Assembly: GCA_963772585.1 (NCBI GenBank)
Contig: CAVYXV010000013.1
Location: forward strand, 62,555-126,554
DNA length: 64,000 nt
Direction of reading: 5' to 3'
Source: an uncultured Planctomycetota bacterium
Lineage (GTDB): Bacteria; Planctomycetota; PLA2; JAEUHO01
Shown: positions 35,606-47,000 of the stretch, one piece after another
Layout of the letters: every line of letters starts with the position of its first letter
How positions within the stretch are numbered: position 1 is the stretch's first letter
Notes under the pieces: generated by a model
What the model was told of the DNA's origin: nothing
What the model saw: the letters and a program-made list of their open reading frames with translations, nothing else
Database searches by the model: none
Made by a program: the position numbers and the translations under genes

Positions 35606-37242
35606 TAGTCACCGAGCCCGGCCTCTGCGTCCGTAGAGGAAGGGGTCCCTTCCTCGTCCTTCGGCAGCGGCGGCAGCTTCGGAGGATTCACGTCCAGGTC
35701 GTCCACGACCCATCCGGCTCCCGCTTCGTACGCATTCATGATCGCGGCGTGCTTCTCGCTCCAGCTGTCCACCTCGCCCGAGAGACGCACCACGCCGTTC
35801 TCGACCGCGACGTCCACGTCCATCAGGTCCACGAACGGGCTCCACCAGATCTCCTGTTCCACGCGGCTCTTCAGCTTCCGGTCGCTGATCGGCACGCTGT
35901 AAGACGACGGCTGATACCACCTGACGTTCGCCCACGCGAGATCGTCCACGTACGGTCCGTAGACCAGCGGCGTGTAGTGATCGCGGACGTCGAGGGCGTT
36001 GTCCACGTCTTGGACCCCGCGAGCCCTGGAAACCAGGTCCTCGGCCCGCATCTTCTCCCAATAGGTGTTGACGGTCCCGTCCAGGCGAATCTTCCCGTCG
36101 TCAGCCGTGATCTCGATGTCGTGGGAGTCCACGATGGGATCTCGTACCACGTTTCCGAGAGCGCGCATCTCGAGCTCGTCGTCGGCGACGTGCGGGGGAC
36201 GCACCTTCACGCGATTCCACACCCCGAGAACCCCGGTCACGTTCCGGGCGTCGGCGCCTGCGCAGCGCCGCGCCTTCAGATTGTCCACCGTACCTCGGAG
36301 GGTCACGAAACCGTCCTGCAACGTCGGCTCGATGTCGAACGAATGGACCCGCGGATCGACGGAGAGCGCATCGATGACCGCCGCCTTCACGTCCTCAACG
36401 GCACGCCGGGCCGGTCTTCCTCTCACGTCGGGGCCTTCGGTCCAGTCGCGGACGGAGACGCCGCTCACGTCCACGCTCTTCACCCCCATGACGTAGGCAT
36501 CACCCTCGGCTCTGTCCTTCTCCGCAGCGCTACGGACCACGCCGACGAGGCGCACGCCACCGTCTTCCACATCGACCTGGAGCAGACGGTCATCGACACG
36601 AACGTCCCAATCCAGGGAACGGGCGATCTCGCTTTGGATCTCGCCGTCCGAGCGAGGTGTCATGAGATTCACGGACATCGCGTCCTCGACGTCCAGCACG
36701 CCGTCTACGCTCTTCGCGACCTTCCGTGCGAGCTGGTCCTCGCGCCAGGAGTCCACCGCGCCGTGCAGGGTGACGACCCCGCCCCCGACGTTCACCTTCA
36801 ACTCGTAGGCGTCCGTTGCAGGATCCGCGTGGAGGGCCTCCTGGACGTCCTTCTTGACGATGGCGTCGGATCGCACGGAATCCGGATCGATCTTCAGGCG
36901 ATTCACCACGCCTCGCACGCCACGCATGGCCTTGGCGATGCGGACGGCCCGCTCTTTCTCCAGGAGGCTGTCCACCTCCCCCTCGAGGGTGACGATGCCC
37001 CCGACGACGCGGACGTCCACGTCGTCGAGCGTGACGACGGGATCGTGGGCGATCTGGTCCTCGACGGCGATCAGCACGCTCGGGTCGTCGAGCGAGGGCG
37101 TATTCGGCTCGTCGGCGAAGGCAGGGCCGGACCGGACGACGACGACGGCCGCGGCGAGAACGGCAAGGACCCCGACGAAGGCCGGTCCCCCCATGACGCG
37201 AAGACGTCGCGTCGACGCGTGGATGCGGTTGTCGTATCTCAT
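35605..37242 (-). CDS. secreted protein with about six BON (OsmY-like) domains
   Basis: Signal peptide. Repeated ~70-aa units with the BON signature (V.V.GG.VTL.G.V.S...R..A....GV..V.N.L.V). Confidence 0.85.
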   Translation of the reverse strand: MRYDNRIHASTRRLRVMGGPAFVGVLAVLAAAVVVVRSGPAFADEPNTPSLDDPSVLIAVEDQIAHDPVVTLDDVDVRVVGGIVTLEGEVDSLLEKERAVRIAKAMRGVRGVVNRLKIDPDSVRSDAIVKKDVQEALHADPATDAYELKVNVGGGVVTLHGAVDSWREDQLARKVAKSVDGVLDVEDAMSVNLMTPRSDGEIQSEIARSLDWDVRVDDRLLQVDVEDGGVRLVGVVRSAAEKDRAEGDAYVMGVKSVDVSGVSVRDWTEGPDVRGRPARRAVEDVKAAVIDALSVDPRVHSFDIEPTLQDGFVTLRGTVDNLKARRCAGADARNVTGVLGVWNRVKVRPPHVADDELEMRALGNVVRDPIVDSHDIEITADDGKIRLDGTVNTYWEKMRAEDLVSRARGVQDVDNALDVRDHYTPLVYGPYVDDLAWANVRWYQPSSYSVPISDRKLKSRVEQEIWWSPFVDLMDVDVAVENGVVRLSGEVDSWSEKHAAIMNAYEAGAGWVVDDLDVNPPKLPPLPKDEEGTPSSTDAEAGLGD

Positions 37243-37426
37243 CGGTCGTACTCCTCTCTGACGCTGCCCGCGTCACGACACGCAGGGGGCGCAACCCGCA
37301 TGCCGCCGTCTCCGGGCAGGGGGGCGTGTCCCGGGAAGGGTGAATCGGAGGGAGAGCCACCAGGGGTTTCGGAACCCCCGGCACGGACCGCAAGACGACG
37401 GGGGGAGGGCCTGGACCCTCCGACGT

Positions 37427-37870
37427 TCAGGCGCGGTGCGCCGTGAGCCCCTCGAATCGGCGCAGATTCGCCTTTGCTCCGGCCGCCTGGCTCGTGACGA
37501 GGCCGCGAATGTCGTCGCCGAGAGGCGCCGCCATGGCCTCGTCGTAGTGCTTCACCGCGGCACGTTCTGCACGGACGATCTCCTCGAGCAGCGTCTTGTC
37601 GGCGCTCCCGGAGAGCGTGCTGCGTGCCTCCAGCCACGTCCTGCCAAAGGCCCCCGGCACCGTCCCTCGCTCCGCCGGTCTCCCGCCCAGCTCCTCGATC
37701 TTGTCCACGAGTTGTTGCGCCGCGATCGCGCACGACTCGAGACTCGTCTCGAACGCCGCCTTCAGCGTCTCGTCGTCGGTGATCTCCTTGGCCCGCCCGA
37801 AGGTCTCTTCGCCGTCCTTCGAAACGTGGAGCAGATCGCCCAGGAGACTGATGGTCGCCGCCTCGTCCAT
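37427..37870 (-). CDS. DUF2383 (PA2169-family) four-helix-bundle protein, second paralogue
   Basis: LLGDLLHVSKDGEETFGRA, RAERAAVKHYDEA; same family as 26883-27332. Confidence 0.7.
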   Translation of the reverse strand: MDEAATISLLGDLLHVSKDGEETFGRAKEITDDETLKAAFETSLESCAIAAQQLVDKIEELGGRPAERGTVPGAFGRTWLEARSTLSGSADKTLLEEIVRAERAAVKHYDEAMAAPLGDDIRGLVTSQAAGAKANLRRFEGLTAHRA

Positions 37871-38214
37871 GGTCTTGTCATCTCCGGATGGGTTTCATTC
37901 GGGGATCGAGGCCTGTCGTCATGCCTATCTTCGATCCTGCTTGCCCTCCGGCAAATCACGGACCGGGCGTCGATCCGCCCGCCTACCCCGGACCGCGGCG
38001 CCGGGGAGGTCGTCAGGCCCCGGTCCGGGCGCACTCCGGGAGGGCGCTTCGAGCCGGCAGGTTCGCGCTTCGCTCCCCGCGATTCTCGCCCTTTGCCGGC
38101 CGACGGCGACTCTCACCGGCACTGCCCGCCCCTTCTTCGACCGCGACGCGGACCCTCTGGTGATCGCACTCCAGGCCGATCCAGGAGCCGCGGAAACGGA
38201 TCCGGAAGTCCAGC

Positions 38215-38780
38215 CGACGGATCGCGACGGGGAGCCTCGGATTCAGCCGGAGGGTGCCGTCCGGGATCTCGAGCCCCGTGAGACCGCGCTGGACCCGGTC
38301 GACCGTGCTTTCCATCGCTCCCACGTGGATGCCCTCGGGGGATGGGAGGGACTGATCGCCAAGAACGCCGCCTCTCCCTACGTCGGAGGGCGATCGCCCC
38401 ACGGGCTCGAGTTCAAGTGCCACGGCGAACAGGAGTTCGTCGTCGCCGGCTTCACCGACCCCGAGGCCGACGAGGACTGGATCGGCGCCCTGGTTCTGGG
38501 GATCTACGAGAAGGGCGATCTCGTCCACGCCGGCCGGGTCGGTACGGGCTTCGACGACGACGAGCGAGGGGACCTTCGACGGCGTCTGGCGCGCTCGGAG
38601 CGCAGGTCCCCACCGTTCCCGGCGGAGGTGCCCCACCCGTCCGAGGTGCCCTGGACGACGCCCAGGATGGTCGTGCAGGTCGCCTTCACGGGGTGGACGA
38701 GGAAGGGGCGGCTTCGTCACCCCCGCTACCTGGGAATCCGACACGACAAGGACCCGACCGCGGTCCACCGGGAGGGCTGA
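38215..38780 (+). pseudogene. remnant of an ATP-dependent DNA ligase (LigD ligase domain, C-terminal motifs IV-VI and OB fold only)
   Basis: EGLIAKNAASPYVGGRS..W.K.K, EFVVAGF, and RHPRYLGIRHDKDP motifs. There is no motif I (KxDGxR) in any frame, and only ~345 nt of space before the upstream gene. Confidence 0.5.
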
Positions 38781-38870
38781 CCGTCCCCCCCGCCCGCCGC
38801 TTCGCCCATGGCGCTGCGGCACGAGATATGCTTGAGAGGGCATGGCCACCGGGCCGACTTCGGAGCCCCC

Positions 38871-39164
38871 ATGACGAGACGAACGGCCTTCGACGATCTG
38901 GAAGCGAACATCGCGACGCTCCGGGCGGACCTCGATCGACTCCGTACGGACTTCACGGACCTCCACTGGGAGAAACACCCCACGGAGAAGACCCTCCTCG
39001 AAGAGGCGGAACAGAGCTACAGCAAGACCCTCGCCAACCTGGAGCGGGTCCGGCTCCAGGCCCTGGCGGACTCGGACGAGTTGCCGGAGGATCTGCGGGC
39101 GAGCTGGCACGAGCTCCGACACGCCTTCCAGCGCCTCGTGGAGCACCGCTCCCGCGCCACCTGA
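38871..39164 (+). CDS. small coiled-coil hypothetical protein (97 aa)
   Basis: ATG with GGAG upstream. Helical heptads (LEANIATLRADLDRLRTDF...). Layout resembles the 28541 and 28886 proteins. Confidence 0.45.
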   Translation: MTRRTAFDDLEANIATLRADLDRLRTDFTDLHWEKHPTEKTLLEEAEQSYSKTLANLERVRLQALADSDELPEDLRASWHELRHAFQRLVEHRSRAT

Positions 39165-39256
39165 TCCGCGCACGCGCGACGTCCTCGATTGGCATGCGGG
39201 ATGCGACTTCCCGGTCGGACCGGTCGCAGGAGTGCGACCGCTCCGGGAGATCGATC

Positions 39257-39754
39257 GTGCACCGACACGTGCTGCTTCCCGTGGACGGTTCCGAAGGGAC
39301 CCGACTCGCCGTTGCCGAGGTCTGCAACTGGGGGGAGTCGATGCGACCCGATCGGCTCACGCTCCTCCAGGTGCTCGGGCCCTATCCGCCCGCCCTGCTC
39401 GAGAGCGGCGGATCGAGCGACCCCGAAGAAGAACGCAGGCAGCACGATCGGCTCGCTCAGGAGCGGCGCCGGTGGGATCGTGAGGCCGAAGAAAGGGCCA
39501 GGCCGGTCGTGGAGGCCGCCCTCCAGGGGCTCCACGCCGCAGGCTACGGAAAGGACGTGGAGGTCGTGCACACCACGCTCATCCCCGAAGACGACGTGGC
39601 GCGCAGGGTGATCGAGGTGGCGCGGGACCACCATTGCGATCGCATCGTCGTCGGCCGCTCGCCCGGCGACGACGAAGGCCGACTCGACGCCTCGGTCGTG
39701 GACAAGCTCGAAGACCTTGCCAGCGGCGACGTGGACACCCTCGTCGTCGGCTGA
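39257..39754 (+). CDS. universal stress protein (UspA family)
   Basis: GTG at 39257 with GGGAGA 7 nt upstream. HVLLPVDGSEG...RIVVGRSPG...VLVV-type Usp motifs. Confidence 0.75.
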   Translation: MHRHVLLPVDGSEGTRLAVAEVCNWGESMRPDRLTLLQVLGPYPPALLESGGSSDPEEERRQHDRLAQERRRWDREAEERARPVVEAALQGLHAAGYGKDVEVVHTTLIPEDDVARRVIEVARDHHCDRIVVGRSPGDDEGRLDASVVDKLEDLASGDVDTLVVG

Positions 39755-39842
39755 CCCGCCGTCCGCCCGACCCCACGTCGGGATTCGGCCCCCGCCGCGG
39801 TTTCCCGTTGGAATTCCTGCGCGAAACGAGAAGAATCCCGCC

Positions 39843-41231
39843 ATGCGCCCCTTTGCATGCGTATCCAGTGGGCTCTCGATCCTCCTGTTCGCGGCTCTGC
39901 TCCCCTTCGTCACGGACGCCCGGGCGGAAGATCCGGACACGGCCGCTCCGCCTCTCGATTTCCGAGAGATCATCCACCAGGCGAAGAGCCGCGTCTTTCC
40001 CGCCGTCCTCTTCGTCCGGTGCATCAGCGAGTCGCACGAGGGGGGGAAGCGGGAGACGCAGCAGGTGTCCGGAAGCGGCGTCCTGATCACCGCCGACGGG
40101 GAGTTCCTCACCAACTGGCACGTCGTGGAGAAGGCCGTGGAGGTCCGATGCCTGCTGCTCGACGGGCGGGCGTTTCCGGCGAAGGTGCTGGGTACGGACA
40201 AGTCGACGGATCTGGCCCTCTGCCGTCTCGAGGGCGGAGAGGACACAGGGCCCTTCCCCTGCGCGAGTCTCGGCGACTCGGACGCGCTGACCGAGGGCGA
40301 CTTCGTGATGGCGATGGGAGCACCCTGGGGCCTCAGCCGATCGGTATCCCTCGGCATCGTCGCGTGCACGCGACGCTACCTTCCCGGCAACAGCGAGTAC
40401 AGCCTCTGGATCCAGACGGACGCATCCATCAGTCCCGGCAACTCGGGCGGCCCCCTCGTGAACACCGACGGCGCGGTCATCGGTCTCAACACGCGCGGGG
40501 TCCGCAGCGGCGGCGACATGGGCTTCGCCGTGCCCTCCGCGACGATCCGCCTCGTCCTCGACCACCTCCGCAAGGACGATCGGGTCCCGTGGAGCTGGAG
40601 CGGCCTGCTCCTGCAACCGCTGCGGGACTTCGACAAGGACATGGTCTACGAAGGCGATCACGGCGTGATCGTCACCGGGACGGAACCGGAGAGTCCCGCC
40701 CGGCGGGCCGGCATCAAGGCCCGGGATCGTCTCCTCGCGGTGAACGGCCGACCGCTGGACGCCCGGGTGACGGAAGACCTTCCTGCCCTCCGTCGGCTGC
40801 TCGCTCTGCTCCCCGGCGGAGAGCCCGCCCGCTTCGAGGTGCAGAGGGATGGCCAGACGATCGAGGTGGAGTTCGCGCCGCGCGCGAAAGGCAGTGTCGA
40901 AGGCGAGGAGCTGGACCTCCCGCGCTGGGACTTCTCCGTGAAGGAGATCAACCAGTTCGACAATCCAGAGTTGTTCTTCTACCGAAAGAAGGGCGTATTC
41001 GTCCAGGGGATCCGTCAACCCGGCAACGCGGCGGATGCCGGGTTGCGGCGGGGCGACATCATCGTGAGGGTCGGGTCGGACGACGTCGAGACCCTCGATC
41101 GGCTGAAGGCCGTCCACGAGGCCGCCGTGGCCGACGTGGGGCGCCATCCGAAGATCGTCCTGACCGTCCTTCGCCAGGGCCTCATGCGGCAGATCGTTCT
41201 CGACTTCGCACGGGATTACGAACGGAAGTAG
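39843..41231 (+). CDS. HtrA/DegP/DegQ-family periplasmic serine protease with two PDZ domains
   Basis: Signal peptide. Catalytic triad context (TNWHVV, D..LCRL, GNSGGPLVN). Two PDZ segments. Confidence 0.85.
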   Translation: MRPFACVSSGLSILLFAALLPFVTDARAEDPDTAAPPLDFREIIHQAKSRVFPAVLFVRCISESHEGGKRETQQVSGSGVLITADGEFLTNWHVVEKAVEVRCLLLDGRAFPAKVLGTDKSTDLALCRLEGGEDTGPFPCASLGDSDALTEGDFVMAMGAPWGLSRSVSLGIVACTRRYLPGNSEYSLWIQTDASISPGNSGGPLVNTDGAVIGLNTRGVRSGGDMGFAVPSATIRLVLDHLRKDDRVPWSWSGLLLQPLRDFDKDMVYEGDHGVIVTGTEPESPARRAGIKARDRLLAVNGRPLDARVTEDLPALRRLLALLPGGEPARFEVQRDGQTIEVEFAPRAKGSVEGEELDLPRWDFSVKEINQFDNPELFFYRKKGVFVQGIRQPGNAADAGLRRGDIIVRVGSDDVETLDRLKAVHEAAVADVGRHPKIVLTVLRQGLMRQIVLDFARDYERK

Positions 41232-41250
41232 GTGAGCGGGAGGGGAAGTC

Positions 41251-43422
41251 GTGTCCGACAAGAGCAGATTCCCGGCGACGTCGGCCGGATCCATCGTGGT
41301 CGCGATGCTGGTCGTCGCCGCTTGGGCGACCGCGCCGGCTTCGGCGAACGAGGACGAGCAGCCGGAAGGAGAGACCGCGCTCGCGGTGGCCCGTGCCGTG
41401 GCACCGTCCTGCGCGCGCGTGGAGATCTACCTCCGCTACGACAAGGGCGAGGCCCCGCACGGATTCAATGCGAGCGCGAGCCAGTTGCAGGATCTCCTCC
41501 TCGAGCGGAGGCCTTGGGAGATGAGCGGGTTCGTCATCGCGCCGGACCGTGTCCTCATGCCCGACATCCAGATCCACCCGCGCTTCATCGAGAAGATCCG
41601 GGTCCGCTTCGGGGATCAGGACGTGAGCGCGAAGCCGATCACGTGGTACGACGCGCAGGACGGGGTGCTCCTCGCCCTGGACGAGCCTCTGAGGGAGGCG
41701 AAGCCGCTCGCCTTCGACCCCGGCAGGGACGGACCGTACTTCGCCGCGTACTACGGTGCCTACGACACGGCGTGGGCGGTCACCGTCTCGAAGACGTTCG
41801 GGAGACCGTTCCTCTACACCGAGGTCACCGGCGGCCGCGAGCGGTACTCGACATGGGCCGGCGCCGTCATCACGGACGCGTCCGGTGCGCCGGCGGGCAT
41901 CACGCTCGACGACGAGGTCTCCCTGGACGGACCGTGGCGAGGCTCTCCGGTCGACTGGGCCGGCTACGACGAGGCGGCGTACCAGTCGCTCCTCCGAACG
42001 GTGGAGGGAGTCGCGGATCGCGGCCTGCTCCACCTGCACCTGCAATTCCGCAGCCCCAAGCAGGAGGCCTCCGGCGGCTCGCCGTTCCTCGGGTCGATCC
42101 GAGAGGATGCGGAGACACCCGCCACCGACCTCTACGCGCCCGGGCTTCTGCTCGAAGGGGGGCGGGTCCTCGTCCTGATGAGCCTGGATCCCTCCGCGAC
42201 CGCGCGCCTGGAACACGTCGAGGTGCTGTCGCACGGCGATCCCGCACCGCGCGCCGCCTTCGTCGCGAGCCTCGAAGACTACGGGGCGCTCGTGGTCCAG
42301 TTCGAGCATCCGATGGACGGCGCCCTCGCCTTCTCGAGCCGCCCCGTGCGGAGCGACAAGGATCGGCTTCTTCTCCTGGTTCAGCAGGAGATCCAAGGCG
42401 AGCGCCGCACGACCTACTACGAACACGCGAGAATCCACCACTTCCAGCGCTCCTGGGAGAACCAGGTCGTGCCCAACTCCGACGGAGGGGGCGAGGGCCG
42501 GTATCTCTTCGACACGGACGGCCGCCTGGTCGCCTTCCCCATCCTGAGGCGGATGCCTACCGGCGAGAGGCCCCGCTGGTCGCGACCCGATCCCGTCATG
42601 CTGCCGGTTGCCTACATGCAGCGGGTCCTACAGGACCTGGACGCGAACGTCGATTTGAACAACGTGCCCCGCTCCGCCGAGGATGAGAATCAACTGGCGT
42701 GGCTGGGAATCGAGGTCCAGTCCCTCGACAGCGAGCTCGCCCGACTGAACGACGTCTCTCATCTGACGAACGACGGAAAGACCGGCGCGATCGTCGCGTA
42801 CGTGTATCCCGAGTCTCCCGCGGCCCGGGCCGGAATCGAGGCGGGAGACATCGTCATCCGTATCCGCGCAGCGGGACGCCCGAAACCCATCGAGGTGACG
42901 GGGGGTGGCGAGTCGCTCCACGGGTTCTTCGACGATCTGCCCGACGAGTTGCGGGACCAGTTCCGCGACGAGATGCCCGGCTCCCAGCCCTGGCCCTCCG
43001 CCGACAACGCCCTGAACCGGGCCTTGACCGAACTGGGCTTCGGGAAGCCGTTCACCCTCGTCACGGTCCGCGGCGGCGAAGTCCGGGAGCTCGACATGGT
43101 GGTCGAGCAGGGGCCGCAGTACTTCGAGGCGGCACCGCTCTTCGAGGACAAGGACCTCGGGCTCACCGTCAAGAACCTCACGTACGAGGCGCGTCGCTAC
43201 TTCCGGCTCTCCGAGGACGACCCGGGCGTCGTGATCGCCAAGGTGGAGCGCGGCCGGAAGGCAGCGGTGGGCGGGCTGCATGCGTACGAGATCCTCACGC
43301 ACGTGAACGGAACGGCCGTCCACGACGTGCATGCGTTCGAGAAGGCCTTGGAGGGACGGGAGGTTCTCCAGTTCAAGGTGCGCCAGAAGCTGCGGGAACG
43401 GCTGGTGAAGATCCGCCGTTGA
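41251..43422 (+). CDS. large secreted PDZ-domain protein (two C-terminal PDZ domains; N-terminal part without recognisable domain)
   Basis: GTG start with GGGAGGGGAAG RBS. Signal peptide. PDZ-like regions (GAIVAYVYPESPAARAGIEAGDIVIRI and GVVIAKVERGRKAAVGGLHAYEILTHVNG). Confidence 0.65.
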   Translation: MSDKSRFPATSAGSIVVAMLVVAAWATAPASANEDEQPEGETALAVARAVAPSCARVEIYLRYDKGEAPHGFNASASQLQDLLLERRPWEMSGFVIAPDRVLMPDIQIHPRFIEKIRVRFGDQDVSAKPITWYDAQDGVLLALDEPLREAKPLAFDPGRDGPYFAAYYGAYDTAWAVTVSKTFGRPFLYTEVTGGRERYSTWAGAVITDASGAPAGITLDDEVSLDGPWRGSPVDWAGYDEAAYQSLLRTVEGVADRGLLHLHLQFRSPKQEASGGSPFLGSIREDAETPATDLYAPGLLLEGGRVLVLMSLDPSATARLEHVEVLSHGDPAPRAAFVASLEDYGALVVQFEHPMDGALAFSSRPVRSDKDRLLLLVQQEIQGERRTTYYEHARIHHFQRSWENQVVPNSDGGGEGRYLFDTDGRLVAFPILRRMPTGERPRWSRPDPVMLPVAYMQRVLQDLDANVDLNNVPRSAEDENQLAWLGIEVQSLDSELARLNDVSHLTNDGKTGAIVAYVYPESPAARAGIEAGDIVIRIRAAGRPKPIEVTGGGESLHGFFDDLPDELRDQFRDEMPGSQPWPSADNALNRALTELGFGKPFTLVTVRGGEVRELDMVVEQGPQYFEAAPLFEDKDLGLTVKNLTYEARRYFRLSEDDPGVVIAKVERGRKAAVGGLHAYEILTHVNGTAVHDVHAFEKALEGREVLQFKVRQKLRERLVKIRR

Positions 43423-43540
43423 CGCCGCGGAGGAGGAGGAAGGCTCGTCCACGGCCGCCCGCCCGTCTCGCGGGTTCTCGTCCCGGCCCGAGAGGGGCTT
43501 CCTCCGGCCCCCTCGCGCACGCGGCGTCGTCCACCATCCG

Positions 43541-43772
43541 CTACGTGGCGCGCCATCCGCCCACGATGAGGCCGTTCAGGAAGATCACGAGGGAGACGAC
43601 GAGCAGGATCTTCGCGATGCCGGCGGCGCCGACCGCGATGCCCGTGAAACCTGGCCTGCACACGAGCCCGTCCGTGAACGACTCTCGTCTTCCCCGAGAC
43701 CGATTCCCGGCGAGTCTTCGACAGCGCGGCGACGAGCGCGGCCACGAAAAGGAGGACGCTCCATCCGAGCAC
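43541..43772 (-). CDS. possible GlsB/YeaQ/YmgE-like small membrane protein, frameshifted (low confidence)
   Basis: GTG 43772 with GGAGG 6 nt upstream gives MLGWSVLLFVAALVAALSK... (TM1). A second frame continues GFTGIAVGAAGIAKILLVVSLVIFLNGLIVGGWRAT (TM2) to the stop at 43541. Confidence 0.3.
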
Positions 43773-44046
43773 GAGACACCTCCAAGCCGAGGCTCGAAGA
43801 CGCGGTCGGCCCGATCGGGGGGAAACGGCCGGATCCGCCGGGGCGCGGGCGAGAGCCCTCCCTCCTCCGCGTACCCGACCGCGCGCCACCGGCCCCATCG
43901 GCAGGCACACAGGCCCCTGAGCACCGCGAGGAGCGTCACCGGCCACGCGAGGCGGCCGCGGTCGCCTCGCGTCCGGATGTCGTCGAGGTGAGCCCCCGCG
44001 TAGGATGCGCGCCTCTCGCCGACGACGGACACGGCGGAAAGGACCC

Positions 44047-47000
44047 ATGGACGAATCCGCGATCGGATGGGTGGACGCCTTGCTCGCCCTGGACGAGGAA
44101 CGGCTCCTGCGGATCGGCGTCCGCCACGCGGCGAAGTTGGGACGGCTCCGGGACAAGCTCGCGCTGGTGGGCGGGCACGCCCCCTCCCCGAGGGCTCCGG
44201 GGGAACGCTACGGGGACGCCCACAAGATCGCCCAGGGTTCCATGGGCGCCGTGTTCCGGGTGCGCGACCGCATCCTCGACCGCGATGTCGTCCTGAAGGT
44301 CCTCTCCCCGGACCCTTCGGGCGAGGAGGGCTGCGCCTCGCCGGACGAGATCCGCCCCCCGTCGGCGACCGAGGCAGGGGGCGTCGACTACGAGAGCTAC
44401 CGGGCGCGTTTCGTCGAGGAGGCGAGGATCGCCGCCGACCTCGAACACCCGGGCGTGGTTCCGGTGTACGACCTCGGCGAGACGCCCGCGGGCGTGCCGT
44501 ATCAGGTGCTCCGGATGATCCGCACCGAGCGGACCCTGGCGGGCCTCCTCGCCGACGCCGGCCGGAGCCACTGGCGCGAACGACGTCGGCTCCTGGACCC
44601 CTTCCTGGATGCCTGCGACACGATCGCCTACGCCCACGCCAACGAGGTGATGCACCGCGACCTGAAGCCGGACAACATCATGGTCGGGGAGTTCGGCCAG
44701 GTGTTCGTCGTGGACTGGGGCCTGGCCCGGCGGCTCGGCGCACCCTCCGACGCGGCGCGGACCCCCGAAGACATCCGCGATCGACCCTCGCCGCGAACGC
44801 CGCTCACCGGCATCGCCGGAACCCCCGGCTACATCGCACCGGAGGTCCTGCTCCAGCGCACGCGCTATCCCGACCCGCGGCAGGACGTCTACGCGCTGGG
44901 CGTCATCCTCTACGAGATCCTGGCGGGCCGATCGCTGCATCCGCGGGTCGGCCTCCAGGAGTACCTCGAATGGATGAAGGCGGGAGGGGAACCGTCCTTC
45001 GAAGACGTGCCGTGGGAACCGCCGCCGGCGCTGGTCGCGTGCTGCCGCGACGCCCTGGATCCCGATCCCGAGCGGCGACTGGCCTCGGTCAAGGAACTCA
45101 TCCGACGCATCCGACTCTGGCGGGAAGAGGAGATCCTCGAGAAGCTCGCCTTGCGGGTGGAGGCGGATTTCCAGGCGGCGGCCGAGGCGCCCGAGGCGCA
45201 GCGTCTCGCGATCGCGGACCGCGCCGGCGCCAACCTCGAGCGCTTGCGGCGGCAGGGAGGCGCCGCTTCGACCGTGGATCGCCTCCAGCGAGATCTGGAC
45301 GAGCTCCGGGCCCGGATCCATGACGAGGCGATCCGCTTGCAGCGCCGCCGGCTCCTCCGCACGGCGGGACTCCTCGGCCTCTTGGTCTTCGCCGTCGCCG
45401 GCGTCCTGGTGTCCCTCTCCTTGGAGGCACGCCGGAAGGAGGTGAGCGCGGCGTACGAGCGCGCGAGCGCCGCCGCCGAGAACGCCCGCCGAGCCCAGGA
45501 GCGGACCCAATCCGCTCTGGGTCTGGCTCTCCAGGCGCGGGAGGCGGCCGAGACCGCGAAGAACCGCGCCGCCTCGTACGGCCTCGTGAGCGCATCCCGG
45601 GAGGTTCAGCTCGACGATCCGGCTCTCTCCTACGCGCTCGCGAACCGGGCCGCGTGTTGCGCGGGTCCGCCGCCCGAGCGGGCGGTGACCCGGCTCCACG
45701 AGGCGTTCGCGCACCTGACGGAGATCCGCAGGATCGACGCCTCGCCGACGGCGGTGACCGCCGCGGACTGGTCGCCCGACCACGACCTGCTCGTCACGGG
45801 CGACGCGGCGGGAACCCTCGCCGGCCGGTCTCTCGACGGCACGCTGACCTGGACCGCCGAAGCCCACACCGACGCCGTGACGACCTGCGTCCTCTCCCCG
45901 GACGGCAGCCGGATCCTGACGACATCGCGGGACGGCTCGGCGCGGCTTTGGAAGGCCGACGGGACGCCGGTCGCGACGCTCGAGGGCCATGAGGGTCCCG
46001 TGCTCGCGGGCGCCTTCTCGCCCTCCGGCCGCCAGGTGGCCACGGCCGGAGCGGACGGAGACGTCCGCATCTGGAACGCGGACGGTACCTCGGCCGGGGT
46101 GCTCGGCGGGCCAGACCACGGTCACCAGGGCGAGGTCGGCCAACTCCTCTGGCTCCCCAACGGCAAGGGAATCGTGACGGGATCGCGGGACGGCACCGCC
46201 CGGTTGTGGCGGGAGGACGGGAAGCAGTGGATGGTGCTGAACGGCCACGTCGGGGGCGTCACGAGCCTGGCCACCGACGCGGAGGGGCGCTTCCTCCTGA
46301 CCGGATCCATGGATGGCGCCGTCCGGCTCTGGGACATGAAAGGCGTACGGCTCCAGGAGCTGCGCGCCGGCGAAGATGCCTTCCCGGTGCTTTGCGTGGC
46401 GGTCTCGCCGTCGGGCGATCTCCTCGTCGCCGGCCGCGAGGACGGCTCCGTCGCGATGTGGTCGGAGAAGGGCGAGCTGCAGGCATCCATGCAGGTCCAC
46501 GAGGGCCCCGTACGGCACATCGCCTTCGCGCGGGCCGGGCTCCGCGTCCTCACCGGCTCCGACGATCGGACGATCTGCGCCTGGGATCGCACGGGACGGC
46601 TCGTCGCCTCCCACCACGGCCACCACGGGGGAATCACGAAACTGCTGGTCGCTCCCGGACGGGGTGGATTCGCGTCGGCCTCCGAGGACGGGACGGTCCG
46701 CTTCTGGGCCTGGTACGGGCACGAGGTCTTCACCCGATCCGAGCCGGGCGATCCGCTGACGGGGGTCGTGCCCGGGCCCGACGACGGGAGTTTCGTGACC
46801 TGGAGCGACGGCGTCGTCCGGGCATGGCGTCCCGGCGCGACGACACCGCTACCGGTGGCCCGTCTCCCGGAGGGCTGTCGCCGCTGGGCCGCCGTCGCAG
46901 GGGCCCAAGGGCCGTTCGCCGCCCTCTGCGCGGAAGGCGCACTCGTCGTCGACGCGTCGGGCGGACGAACGGAGATCCCCCTCCCCGAAGGAGAGGCGCC